In this document: positions 46,545 to 59,399 of the stretch, one piece after another
Layout: every line of letters begins with the position of its first letter
How positions within the stretch are numbered: position 1 is the first letter of the stretch
Origin: Heterodontus francisci
Taxonomy: Eukaryota
DNA: 64,000 nt
NCBI RefSeq assembly: GCF_036365525.1
Contig: NC_090395.1
Span: 65,621,326 to 65,685,325, forward strand
Reading direction: 5' to 3'
Made by a program: the position numbers and the translations under genes
The notes under the pieces: generated by a model
Database searches by the model: none
What the model was told of the DNA's origin: nothing
Seen by the model: the letters and a program-made list of their open reading frames with translations, nothing else

Positions 46545-48945
46545 AAGGGGGCGGAATTCTTAAAATACATACAGGAGGGCTTTTTGATCCAGTACGTAGA
46601 AATTCCCACAAGAGAAGGGGCAGTACTGGACCTAATGCTAGGGAAGAAGCTGGACAAGTGATAGAAGTGTCAGTGGGGAAGCATTTCAGGGCTAGTGACC
46701 ATAACTCTGTAAGATTTAAGGTAGTTCTGGAAAAGGACCTGAAATAAAGGTACTGAATTGGGGTAAGTCCGATTTCAGTATGATAAAACAGGATCTGGCC
46801 AAAGTGGACTGGGAAGAGCTACTTGTAGGAAAGTCTACATCAGACCAGTGGGAGTCATTCAAAGAGGAAAAATAAGGGTTCAGAGCCAACATGTACCCGT
46901 TAAGGTGAAGGGTAGGACCAACAACTCGAGGGAACCCTGGTTGTCAAGGGATATAGAGGATTGCATCAGGATAAAAAAGGAGGCTCAAGGCAGATTCAGA
47001 GCGCTGAAAACAGCAGAGGCCCTCAAGGAGTATAGGAAGTGTAGGGGGGTACTTAAAAAAGTAATTAGGAGAGCCAAGATGGGACATGAAAAACACTGGT
47101 GGGCAAGATAAAGGAAAATCCTAAGGCATTTTATAAGTATATTAAGGGCAAGAGGACAACCAGACAAAGAGTAGGGCCCATTAGGGACCAAAGTGGCAAT
47201 CTGTGTGTGGAGCCGGAGGATATAGGTGAGGTTTTAAATGATTACTTTTCATCTGTGTTCGCTATGGAGAAGGACAATGTAGGTGTAGAGATCAGGGAGG
47301 GGGTTTGTGATATACTTGAACATATTAACATTGAAAGGGAGGAAGCATGAGCTGTTTTAACAGGCTTAAAAGTGGATAAATCCCCAGGCCCAGATGAGAT
47401 GTATCCCAGGCTGTTATGTGAGGCAAGGGAGGAGATAGCAGGGGCTCTGACACTAATTTTCGAATCCTCTCTGGCCACAGGAGAGGTACCAGAACACTGA
47501 AGGACAGCGAACGTAGTTACCATTATTCAAGAAGGGTAGCAGGGATAAACCAGGTAATTACAGGCCGGCGAGTCTAACATCAGCGGTAGGGAAATTATTG
47601 GAAAAAATTCTGAGGGACAGGATTAATCTCCACTTGGAGAGGCAGGGATTAATCAGGGATAGTCAGCATGGCTTTGTCAGGGGGAGATCGTGTCTAACTA
47701 ACTTGATTGAATTTTTCAAGGAGGTGACTAGATGTGTAGATGAGGGTAAAGCAGTTGATGTAGTCTACATGGACTTCAGTAATGCTTTTGATAAGGTCCT
47801 GCATGGGAGATTGGTTAAGAAGGTAAGAGCCCATGAGATCCAGGGCAATTTGGCAAATTGGATCCAAAATTGGCTTAGTGGCAGGAAACAGAGGTTAATG
47901 GTCGAGAGTTGTTTCTGCGAGTGGAAGCCTGTGACCAGTGGTGTACCGCAGGGATCGGTGCTGGGACCCTTGCTGTTTGTAGTGTACATTAATGATTTAG
48001 ACGTGAATATAGGAGGTATGATCAGTAAGTTCGCGGATGACACGAAAATTGGTGGTGTCATAAATAGTGAGGAGGAAAGCCTTAGATTACAGGGCGATAT
48101 AGATGGGCTGGTAAGATGGGCGGAGCAGTGGCAAATGGAATTTCATCCTGAGAAGTGTGAGGTGATGCATTTTGGGAGGAGTAATAAGGCAAGGGAATAT
48201 ACAATGGATGGTAGGATCCTAGGAAATACAGAGGTCAGAGGGATCTTGGTGTACTTGTCCATAGATCACTGAAGGCAACAGAACAGGTAGATAAGGTGGT
48301 TAGGAAGGCATATGGGATACTTGCCTTTATTAGCCGAGGCATAGAATATAAGAGCAGGGAGGTTATGATGGAGCTGTATAAAATGCTAGTTAGGCCACAG
48401 CTGGAGTACTGTGTACCGTTCTGGGCACCACACTACAGGAAGGATGTGATTGCACTGGAGAGGGTGCAGAGGAGATTCTCCAGGATGTTGCCTGAGCTGG
48501 AGCGTTTCAGCTATGAAGAGAGATTGAAAAGGCTAGGGTTGTTTTCCTTAGAGCACAGAAGGCTGAGAGGGGACATGATTGAGGTATACAAAATTATGAG
48601 GGGCGTTGATAGATTAGATAAGAAGAAACTTTTTCCCTTAGCGGAAGGGTCAATAACCAGAGGGCATAGATGTAAGGTAAGGGGCAGGAAGTTTAGAGGA
48701 GATTTGAGGAAAAATGTTTTCACCCAGAGGGTGGTTGGAATCTGGAGCTCACTGCCTGAAGGGGTTGTCGAGGCAGGAACCATCACAACATTTAAGAAGT
48801 ATTTAGATGAGCACTTGAAACAACATAGCATACAAGGCTACGGGCCAAGTGATGGAAAATGGGGTTAGAATAGTTAGGTGCTTGATGGCCGACATAGACA
48901 CGATGGGCTGAAGGGCCTGTTTCTGTGCTGTACGACTCTATGAGT
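46545..48945 (+). mobile_element. CR1 LINE, 5'-truncated and moderately decayed
   Basis: RT ORF pieces 47598-48272 and 48296-48868; tail GGGCCTGTTTCTGTGCTGTA. Confidence 0.92.
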
Positions 48946-49522
48946 CAGTGAAGCACAGCAACTGTCAGCTGTGAAACTGACTTGCGATTTTTAAAAAACT
49001 GATCAACCATCTACTGTTCCCGCTTTCTGCAACTGTCAAAACTGCTCAGCTAAACAGTAAATTAACATTATTTGTCATCTGACTCCTAATTAATTCTCTT
49101 AAAGAGAAAATATTGGTTCTGCTTTTGACTGCAACTTATTATAATTGGGTTTAATCCAAGAAATTTAGTTCTCACTAAAATTAACACTTTCCATCACAAC
49201 AGCCACATCTAAAAACTCAGTCTGACAGTTGAAAGACCAAGGCTCATCTAAATCTCCCTTCCAACAAATCACTTCCTGTCATTCACCTCCATCATTCTTT
49301 CTCATGTTGAATTTTACTTCTTGCAGAGTTCAGAGGATTATTTGCTGTTAACGTAGCAACAGTAACAACTTAATTATTCTTCCATGTTTAATACATCTAG
49401 ATTAGAGTTTGCAGAATATTACAATCATAGGCGTTTGGTCATTACAACAAACTAGTTCTCTTTATATTCTGCAGCAAACTATTGACATATAATGATATGA
49501 CTAAAGAAAAATAGAAACTCAC

Positions 49523-49611
49523 CCTTCTTGATTTGCTTCCGGTATGAAAGTAGATAAACAGCCAACACAAGAAGACTGGCCGCCAGCACACCGAGCATAA
49601 TGTAAGCCAGC
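49523..49611 (-). CDS. Gene C transmembrane exon
   Basis: cacag|G CTG GCT TAC...AAG AAG G|gtgagt; 89 nt, phase 2 to 1; (R)LAYIMLGVLAASLLVLAVYLLSYRKQIKK; no charged residue within the hydrophobic span. Confidence 0.9.
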
Positions 49612-49679
49612 CTGTGATACAGAGAATAGGAAAGAGTCAGCGCTGGTTCACAGTTGTTTCTTGGCTATTTATTTAAGGA

Positions 49680-50070
49680 AAGAAAATTTTGCATTTATAT
49701 AGTGCCTTTCATGGCCTCGGGATGGCCCAAAGCACTTTACAGACAATGAAGTACTTTTCAACTGTTGTATTGTAGGAAACGTGGCAGCCAATTTGCACAC
49801 AGCAAGATCCCAGAAATAGTAATGTGATAATGACCTAATAAATACTGGCCAGGTCCTTAGAGTGAACTCCCTTGCTCTTCTTCCAATATTTCCATGGGAT
49901 CTGTTAAATCCAATTGAGACAGCAGATGTGGTTTAATGTCTCATCTGAAAGATGGCACCTCTGACAGCACAGCACTTCCTCAGTACTGGAGTGTCAGCCG
50001 AGACAATGTGTTCTGGAACGGGATGCAAGGTCTCAACTTTCTGGCTCAGTGAATATGCTATCAACTGAGC
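49680..50070 (-). mobile_element. Deu-domain SINE
   Basis: Reverse complement of the Deu-SINE (TTGCATTTATATAGTGCC...TCTCATCTGAAAGATGGCACC...AACTGAGC). Confidence 0.75.
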
Positions 50071-50284
50071 CATGGTTAATGTGCGGTAAGTTTCACATTT
50101 TAAAAACAGAACAAAAGAATACCTGATGACACTGAAAATAATAGAAGCAACAACGGTTTCATGCCCTACATGGATTTCATATACTGATGATCTTCATAGT
50201 CAAATTTACACAACAAAGCAGACATAGAGATATGTCCGAAAATAAAATGCATAGATTTTCAATATTTTTTACATCATTAACATT

Positions 50285-52620
50285 TATCTACAACAACAAC
50301 TTGCATTTATATAGTGCCTTTAACATAATAAATATACCAAGGTGCTTTACAAGAGCATTATCAAGCAAAATTTGACACCCAGCTACATAAGGAGATATTA
50401 GGCCAGATAACCAAAAGCCTGGTCGAAGAGGTAGGTTTTGAGGAGCATCTTAAACGAGGAAAGAAAGGTGGAGAGTCGGAGAGATTAAGGGAGGGAATTC
50501 CAGGGCTTAGGGCCCAGGCAACTGAAAACATGACCTCCAATGGTGGAACAATTAAATGGGGAATGCTCAAGATGCCAGAATTGATGAAGACCTCAGGGGG
50601 CTGTAGGGCTGGAAAAGATCACAGAGATAGAAAGGCATGGAGGGGATTTGAAATCAAGGAAGAGAATTTTGAAATTGAGGCATTGTTTAACCCGAGCCCA
50701 TGTAGGTCAGTTAGTACAGGGGAGATGGGTAAGTGGGACTTGGTGTGAGTTCGGACACGACCAGCCAAGTTTTGAATGACCTCAAATTTGCAGAGGGTAG
50801 AACTAGTTAAACCAGGCAGGAGTACATTGGAATAGTCAAGTCTAGAGGTAATAAAGGCATGGATGAGCATTTCAGCAGATAATATAAGGCAAGAGCAATG
50901 TTAAGTTAAAAGAGGTAAAAATAGGCGGTTTTAGTGATGGTGTGATTATGTGGTAGGGAGAGGGATGGAGTTTGTAGTAAGTATTGAAGACAATGTCTTC
51001 CAAGTATTTACTTGGAGGAAATTTCTGTTCATCCAGCACTGGATGCTGGCCAAGCAATCTGACAGTTTAGAGAGATGGAGGGGTCAAGAGTGGTGGAGAT
51101 GAGCTAGAGCTGTGAATCGTCAGTGTACATGTGGAAACTAATGTTGTGTTTTGGGATGATATCGTTGAGGGGCAGCACGTAGATGAGAAATAGGAGTGGT
51201 ACAATGATGAATCCTTGGGGGGGGCACCAGAAGTAATGCTGTGGGAGCAGGAAGAAAAGTCATTGCAGGTGATTCTCTGACTATGACTAGGTAGATCAGA
51301 ATGGAACCAAGTGAGTCCAGTACCACCCAGATAGATGAAGGTGGAGAGATGTTGGAGGAGTATGGTGTGGTCAACCGTGTCAATGGCTACAGACAGATCG
51401 AGAAGGATAGTGTTATGATCCTATAGTTATTTTTGGGAAGAATGCAGTGTGCCTTTAAGGCTGGAAAGGGCGTCATACTGCTTTAAGGCAGCAAACGCCA
51501 GAAACTGATTCAAAGCGTGTATTCTCGTTGCCCGGGCTACAGCCATTCAGAGAATATGGTTCAAAGAGAGCATTCTCGTTGCCCGGGATATAGCCATTCA
51601 GGACCAGAGATCAAGAAATACATGGTTACAATTTAATTTTGAACTGGCTTATAGTGGAAACAGACTGTTCTAATGCACTGAGAGACAGACAGACAGCTGT
51701 GTGTTAGCACCTGAAAGGAGTGCTCTCAGACCATTTAAACTGAAGGAAGAGAATTTAGTCTGTTTATTTATTATTCTCTCTCAAAATTCTAAAAAGCCAA
51801 AACAAAACAGAGATCTCTGATAATCTAAACTGAAGGAAGGGAAGTTAGACTGTGACAATCTTTTATCCCTCAAAAATTCTACAGCCAAATTGATTCATTA
51901 AAAAAAGTTTTTGCAAGTTGTTAATTGTTGAAATTCATTGCTGGAGAAGGAGCAACTATTTGGACTTCTGAATTAGACTACAGACTGCTCTACTGTTGAA
52001 GAATGTTTTTTTCCCCGTCAGACGGCTGCGAGGACTTCAAGCAACCTTGGACTGTTCCACATCCGGCAGGAGCGTAAATCTGCAAGGACTCTAATTTTTT
52101 TCTACTTTAAAATTTGTTTATATCTTAGTAGTGTTTAAGAATTTAGTTTTTCTAATTAAACAGTTAATTTGTCTATTTAAAGACACCTGGTTTGGTTAGC
52201 CTCATTCAGGGGGTTAATAGATGGTATGATTTGGTTGGGTCTTTCTTTAATTTGGAAAGTTTTAAAATGATATGTTAGGTGAACTGTGGAGGGATGGGAT
52301 TGAATTAACAGTGCGTTTCTCCCACCACAATCAGAATCGTATATTTTGTTTGGAGGCTTTGACTGGAGTGGTCGGTCATAACAATAGTTTATCTTTTTCA
52401 AAGTCGACTTGGTAAGAGTCACTTTGGTACTATGGTGGGAGTGGAAACCTGATTGGAAGGATTCAAACATGAAGTTCCCAGAAAGATGGGCACAGATTTG
52501 GGAGGTGACAAAATGCTCAAGGACTTTGAAGCGGAAAGGGAGATTGGAGATGGGGCAGTAGTTTGCTAGGACAATGGGATCAAGGGGTGTTTTCTTTTGA
52601 GGACGGGGTGATGACGGCAA
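50285..52620 (-). mobile_element. L2 LINE fragment, split by a solo LTR
   Basis: LDPIVLANYCPISNLPF, FQSGF..HST, LIHAFITSRLDYSN; L2-type tail. Confidence 0.8.
51411..52383 (+). mobile_element. Solo LTR
   Basis: TGTTATGA...TCATAACA termini with 4-bp TSD ATAG; 3' region similar to the LTR ending at 13089. Confidence 0.88.
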
Positions 52621-52849
52621 ACTGCATGTGCTAGAAATCTGAAAGAAAAACTGAAGTTGCTCGAAATGCACAGCAGGTCAGTCACCATATGGGGTGAACA
52701 GATGTGTTTAGGTTCAGGTGTGAACTGGAATTCTAAAGACGTGACTGCACCCAAAGCATAATATTGTCCATTTTCTCCACAGGTGTGGACTGACCTGCTG
52801 TGTGTTTCCAGCAGTCACTGTTTCTGTTTGACATCTAGTTGGTGTTTAC

Positions 52850-53750
52850 TCCTTATTACCATTGTAACTTCAAAGACCCAATTCCTTAGTGTTTACATCG
52901 GACTACAACTTCTGCTGCTTATTGCTGACAGCTCAGGCTAATAACATGAAAATGATAAGTGAATTATGCCAATTGAGTATGCACATCCCAAACGCATTGG
53001 GTGAAATTTATAGCCACGGCACATGAAATAGAGAAACCTCCTCCAAGTCCTGACTCAAAATGTCACGGCTAAAAACGAGTCCCCTGCCTTCAACATCCAA
53101 GGGGTCACTATTAACTGGAAGTTTCACTGGACCAGCCTTGCCAACATTGTCACTACAAAAGCAGGGTAGAGGCAGGGTACTCTAACCCAGTGGCTCACCC
53201 ACAATCCTTCAAAGCCTCGCCATCAGCTGCAGTGCTCAAGTCGGGAGAGTGATGGAATACTCACCTTGGATGGGTGCAGCTGTAACAGCATTCAACATTC
53301 ACCACTATTTACGCCAAAGCAGTCCACGTGGCCAGTGCCGCAACCGCTGAGCTCAATATCCATCCCTCCGCCATGGTGCACTGAAGCTGCAGGACATACT
53401 ATCTGCAGGCCACACTACAGCAATGCCCACATCCTAACCACCTATTTAGAAAAACTTGCTAACATTACTTGAAATCACTTCTTTGCCCAATGCCTTGTAC
53501 CACCCAAATGGGCAAGGCAAGCAACATCATTAGAACATCAGCTCTTCTAAGTTGCACACTATTCTGCCTTCTTAATATATAGTTGTTTTTTTACTATTGT
53601 TAGTTCAAGATCATGGAATTTTTTAACATCACTGTGGGAACATAATGAGCAGATTAAGAAGACGGCCCCGGACCACCTTCTCAGGGCAACAAGCGGTGGG
53701 CAATAAATGTGACCTTGCCAGCATTGCCCACCTCCCAGGAACAAATTTTA
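52850..53750 (+). mobile_element. Decayed 3' part of the single-ORF LINE family
   Basis: GTGATGGAATACTCACC and tail CACCTTCTCAGGGCAA..GGGCAATAAATG. Confidence 0.6.
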
Positions 53751-53863
53751 AGAAAAGAAATTTCCTGTATTTGTAGTGACCGAATTTGACCAAAGCTGCA
53801 AGATGTCTCTACCTAGTGATACCAGGAGCTGTGCAGATATATCACTGTAATTTTTCCCTTTCA

Positions 53864-54184
53864 TAGAGAGATACAGCACTGAAATAGGCCCTTTGAGTTT
53901 GTGCTGACCAACAATCACCCACTTATACTAATTCTATATACCCATATTCCCTACCACATCCCCAACATTTTCCTACTACCTACCTACACTAGGGGCAATT
54001 TACAATGGCCAACTTACCTATCAACCTGCAAGTCTTTGGCTGTGGGAGGAAACCGGAGCACCCAGCGGAAACCCACGCGGTCACAGGGAGAACTTGCAAA
54101 CTCTGCACAGGCAGTACCCAGAACCAAACCCAGGTCACTAGAGCTGTGAGGCTGCGATGCTAGCCATTGTGCACTGTGCCGCCC
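53864..54184 (-). mobile_element. V-SINE (HE1-like), full length
   Basis: tRNA head GGGCGGCACAGTG..., V-core, CR1-derived tail. Confidence 0.8.
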
Positions 54185-54517
54185 TTTCACCAGCAGAAAT
54201 GCTGGCAAGGTAAGTTTGACAAGTACATCTTATCTCACGCCATGAGATTATGTTAGTGGTGAAGTAATCATGGGGCATATTAACCATCTGATGGAGGTGC
54301 TCACTTCTTATTCCTATTTCCCACAAGAAAGAATAGCACCTTTGTTAAGAAGCTAACACAACAGCATGATGTAAACCCAGCCAACATTTCCATTCTGAAG
54401 AGCTATATTGCAAAATAATAAATGATTTTCATTTCTTATACCAAAAATGTTAAAGAACATTCAATATCTCACATGGAAGCTGTGTCAATCAAAACACAAA
54501 CAATGAGAACATTGTAC

Positions 54518-54623
54518 CTTTTAGTAAAGTTGGATCTTGAAGATTGGTTCTGATTATCAGCTGAAATTTTATTTGTACTTGTGGAACGTGTAGTTGCTGC
54601 TAATTCACAAGAATATTCAGATC
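54518..54623 (-). CDS. Gene C stalk exon (Ser/Thr-rich)
   Basis: caatag|GA TCT GAA...AAA AG|gtacaa; 106 nt, phase 1 to 2; (G)SEYSCELAATTRSTSTNKISADNQNQSSRSNFTK. Confidence 0.85.
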
Positions 54624-55516
54624 CTATTGAAACAAGGGAGTAACATTCAGATTCACCTCATTTTCACTTCTAATCAACCAAGAGAGCATCATTGACAAAT
54701 AGAAGCTCATTACTTGAGGAAAAGCCTGGTTAATATAATGGATTTGGATAATTTAATTTCTGTGTAATTTCCCCCTCTCTGGTAGCAAGGAGAGATGATG
54801 CTGACACTGGGCAGAAACCCATTTTTATTGATAAATTCTGTTTCTTTTCCATATCTGACAGTTGGTGGCATAGAGCTACAGTTGTGTCCATTAAAGGGCT
54901 TACGTTGCTGGGACCACAATCCAGATATCCCTTTTCTTTGCCCTGTGCAAATGTAAAGTTCCAATCAGGGAGCTGGCCCCTGCCACCACTGGAAAATGTT
55001 TTGCTGGGGAGCCAACACCATGATTCTGTCCTGGAAGGATGTCCTTGGTGGAAAAAGAATGTTACCTGAGCATTAAGTGCATAAAGAAATATCAGAGCAG
55101 GAATTACTGCTGTTGACATTAATGGACAAGCAGTTCATTTTCATATAGTGTCTCTCGGTTCACAGAATGTCACATGGGCACATTAAATTGTCACCTGCCA
55201 CATGACAATGGACATTTCCTGTATCTAGGGGCTGGTTTTCTGAGCTTGCTGTAGTGACAGGAAACCTCACTCACCGGCAGTGGATATCACAAAATCCAGC
55301 CAGTGACTTACTGTCGATTTAATTATAATGATCAGTGTTGCTGGCAGGAGAGACTCCCCACCTCCAGTGGGCACTCAGATAATTGGCTCAGGTGTGATTT
55401 AATTAAGTAATTTGTTTCAAAATGTAAGAAATGACCTGCATTGATACAGCACCTTTCACAACCGCAGGACATCCCAAAGCGCTTCACAGTCAATGAAGTA
55501 GTTTATTTCAGTGTAG

Positions 55517-55772
55517 TGTTACAATCAGGTGAGGAGGGTGGCAAGGCTCCCTTCTTGTCCCTCTCCTTGTTTGACAGCAACAGGGTTTATTTCTTTTAAA
55601 CAGTGAATGTGCTTACCAATTTAGTGAGTGTTTAACCCTTTTAGGTGCTATGATCATAAAAGAACCAATCGGACACATTTTCTTGAGTTTAAACAAGTGA
55701 GAGGTTAGTTTATTGTACTTAAATCAAAACCCAATCTAAGTGAAAATAATAATCTACATTTCTACTTTCTCA

Positions 55773-55809
<37 letters not shown>

Positions 55810-56608
55810 GAATCACACAGACACATAAATAGGTTACAAAGTGATGGAGAATAGATTGGTTGGATTAGCGTCCAGAACAAATAAAATAAGATAGATTCTG
55901 TGGAGTGTGGTAATTCAGTCGACTTCCAGCTAAATTCGTGGTCCTGAAGTTTCTGGTTGGTCGAAGTGCACTTACAGCTGGTCCACCTGGTTCAGGGTTT
56001 TCTTATGTAAATGTTTTTTCTCCCTGGAGTCTCTGCCTGCAGTAATGATAGGCTTGGATGTTTGCAGCCCGCAGACAGGATTCGAACTTTACAGCATTAC
56101 CTGGAGAAAGAGAGAGAGACATCCCTTTTGGGATCCTGCACTGATTAGCTCTCAAAGCTTGACTGCTGTGTCCAAAAGAAACTCCAAGTTTTCACAGAGA
56201 TGGACAGACTGTCACATGATTGTCTCAGTATATTCTTTGTGGAACTTTATTGAGATTCAAGTCTAAGAATTTCAATGTCTCTCAGGCCTTTTTGTTTCAA
56301 AGTTTCAATACCCCCTTGAGGTTTTTCTCCACTAGTGTGAATATTCCAAGATGGCTTTGAATGTCTTGCTAATGAAAGCGATATCAGGTAGTCCATTCAA
56401 TTGTTCAAGCCATTGTTCTGGATGAAAGCGTCTTTAGACATGCATCTCCACTTCAATACATTGGAATGTGAGGTATTTCAATGCAAAGTGTGGCGGCCGC
56501 CTGAGCTGCCAGTTTTTTAAAAGTTGGATGTGGGATTCCAACTTTCCTTTTGGAAGTTTAATGTAGGTTTCCAAACAATGAATTAAAATCATCATTCAGC
56601 ATAGCACA
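55517..56608. mobile_element. Solo LTR inserted in a Deu-SINE; contains (CA)n at ~55771-55807
   Basis: TG...CA termini with 4-bp TSD GTAG; the flanks rejoin into a Deu-SINE (55430-56950). Confidence 0.7.
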
Positions 56609-57029
56609 GTAGTCATGGTTGTAATATAGAGAAACCTGGGACCTAATTTGTGCACAGTAAAGTCCCCAAACAGCAATTGACCAGATAACCTGTTTTTCAG
56701 TGATGTTGGTTAATGGGTGAAATTTATTAAGACACCAGGATAACTTGCCTATTCTTCCTTGAATGGTGGCATGCAATCATTTATCTTTACCTGAAAGAAC
56801 AGGTAGGTCCTCAGATTAACATCTCATCTAGGCAAAAGCACCTCAACAGCATATGGTGGATAATGGTATCTACCTGAAATTTAGCTCTGAAGGGGAACTT
56901 GAACCCACAACCTACTAGCAGCAGAAGTCAGGGTGCTACCAACTGAGCACCTGTGACACTTACATTTCAAATGCAGTTTATAGGTGAAATTTCTACCTGA
57001 TATTCTTCCCCTCTGATAGCTAATTCTTT

Positions 57030-57407
57030 TTACTTCATGGGATGTGGGATCACTGGCATGGCCAGCATTTGATGCCCATTCCTAATTGCCCTGGGCTTGC
57101 TAGGCCATTTCAAAGAGCAGTGGGTCATGGCTGTGGGTCTGGAGTCATATGTAGGCCAGACCAAGTAAGGACAGCAGATTTCCTTCCCTAAAGGGACATT
57201 AGTGAACCAGATGGGTTTTTACAACAATCAATGGTATTTTCACGGCACCATTACTGAGACTATCTTTCAATTCCAGATTTTTTGTTAGTTAATTAAGTGA
57301 ATTTAAATTCCACCTGCTGCCATGGTGGGATTTGAACCCAGGTGCCCAGAACATTAGCCTGGGCCTCAGATTACTAGTCCAGTGACGTTACCACTGCGCC
57401 GCCATCT
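57030..57407 (-). mobile_element. tRNA-headed SINE, full length
   Basis: A box GGCGCAGTGG, B box GGTTCAAATCC, core CCATCTGGTTCACTAATGTCC, tail AGGGCAATTAGGAATGGGC. Confidence 0.8.
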
Positions 57408-58409
57408 CCCCCCTTATCATTTTTAGCATATGCAAATTTAGAGGTACTACTCTTTTTCTGACCTTTTAGATGTTCCTCAGTGAAAAGACTGATGAACAAA
57501 CTGCTTCCCGCTCTGAGGAAAATTGAACCGCTACATTCAAATAGCCTAAGATCCTCCTTTTTCAGAACCAGGGTCATTGTTTCACAGTGACTGAGTAATT
57601 CACTTTTTAGTACATGGAATTCTGAGATTTTGACTGGCAATTTGGAATGATAGAATTTTACAGCACAGAAAGAGGGAATTCAGCCCATCGCTATTGACTC
57701 TCTCAAAGAACTCCCCCCTTTGTCTCATTGCCTGTCCTTTCCCCACACCCTCCTAAATTTGCTTCTTTTCACTTCCTTTTTAAAAGTGATTATTGATTCT
57801 GATTCTGACATTCTAATTGGGAATTCTATCTCCCAACAACCAATTGTATCACCTATATTTTCCCCTTTCCTTTTGGTGATGATCTTAAATTTATGCTCTC
57901 TACTTGCTCACTCACTAGTGGAAATAGTTAGTCCCAATTTATCGTAAAAAAGACCCTAATAATTTTAAATTCCTCCACTTAACCTCTGTTCTGATGTTTC
58001 TCTCCTCATAAATAAAACCTCTCAGTGTGCTGCCAATTGCTCTCTATCCCTGACATACTTCCTAATCTAGGACACAACTGTTGGAGGTTGCACTTCTCAA
58101 TTCCATCTGCTAGAAACAGGCGTATTGGTTTATGAAGATGCAGTCAATCAAATTCCATTTTAATTTCATGGGATTACTGGATTTTCTGCAACTGTTTATG
58201 CATGTTAGCGATATTTTATGTAAAATGTCCATTTCCATGGAAAATGCAGATCAGTGGCCTTAATCATAATTGGTGAAGGACCAAATAGAATGAATTTGGC
58301 CAGTTGCAGTTTCATAGAGTGACTGAAGGAATTTATCCAGTGGCGAGATTAGATCAACATTAATTAAAAGCATTAAGTTACCATATTGTTTGTTTACAGT
58401 AACACTTAC

Positions 58410-58721
58410 CAATGCTGCTGATTTGTGTCTTATAACTGCAGCTCCTGAAGACTGACACGTTAACCATTTCACTGGATTTTTCTCCCTGATTATTTGAGGC
58501 TGTGCAGTAATATTGATGATGTTGCTGTGTGAAGGATTGACAACGTAGATCCAGTTTATTGGTGTCAGAGATCTTTGAATCTTCAGACGGGGTCTTTTCA
58601 TACCATGTGTACTGAATGGGAAAGGATCCCTGGACAGACTCACAGGAGACGGACACTGAGCCCCCGGAACATGAGAGATTTGGTGGTGATAAAAATCTAA
58701 GTACAGGAACAGACACGGATT
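58410..58721 (-). CDS. Gene C Ig C2-type (FcR-like) exon
   Basis: cgcag|AA TCC GTG...ATT G|gtaagt; 312 nt, phase 1-1, open; paralog of 5773-6096 and 19316-19639. Confidence 0.92.
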
Positions 58722-59399
58722 CTGCGGGAAAGAAACAAACATTCAGATACTGACTGAACAGCTAAAAATCAAATACTCTTCAATTTTCAGCACTTCTGTA
58801 CCTCAGCCAGGGCCTGTCATGTTGTAATCTCACCAGCACATCTACCTCTCCATATCTCTCCATCCTCCTCATAGCCGGAACTACCATGTGAACCATTGTA
58901 TCAGAACATAGCAGGGCTGCAAATCAGGACAGCAGCAATGATACTGAGAATGTGTCAATGTGAAAATCGAGGCTAACAATTTCAATAGCAGGTAGCCAGC
59001 CTCCAATGCTGTTTAATTGTTTGACTACAGAATGTGAACTAATTGGAGACTCTTAGATAAACAAAGCAGAAAATGAGGCCAAAAAATTGTCAGATATCTA
59101 TTATATGTTTTGTGGCTTTAGATCAAGAGTGTAATTGTGAATGATTTCATTTAACTGCAGTTGAAATGGAACGCTTTGGCCTGAAATATATGCGGAAGCA
59201 TGAAGGGAGTGTGTGCGCAGCCAGGAAATTTGGGAGTACTGGGGAAGTGGTTGTAGTCTTGTCAGCGATGCTCAAACCCTATGAACGAATTTTTTAAAAC
59301 GGGCTTAGGCGCTACCACATTACAAAGTTTACAGGCAGATGCTCAGCTGTCGTAAACTCTCTGAACAGCAGTACTTTTGAAGGCTGAGGTTGTCATGTT

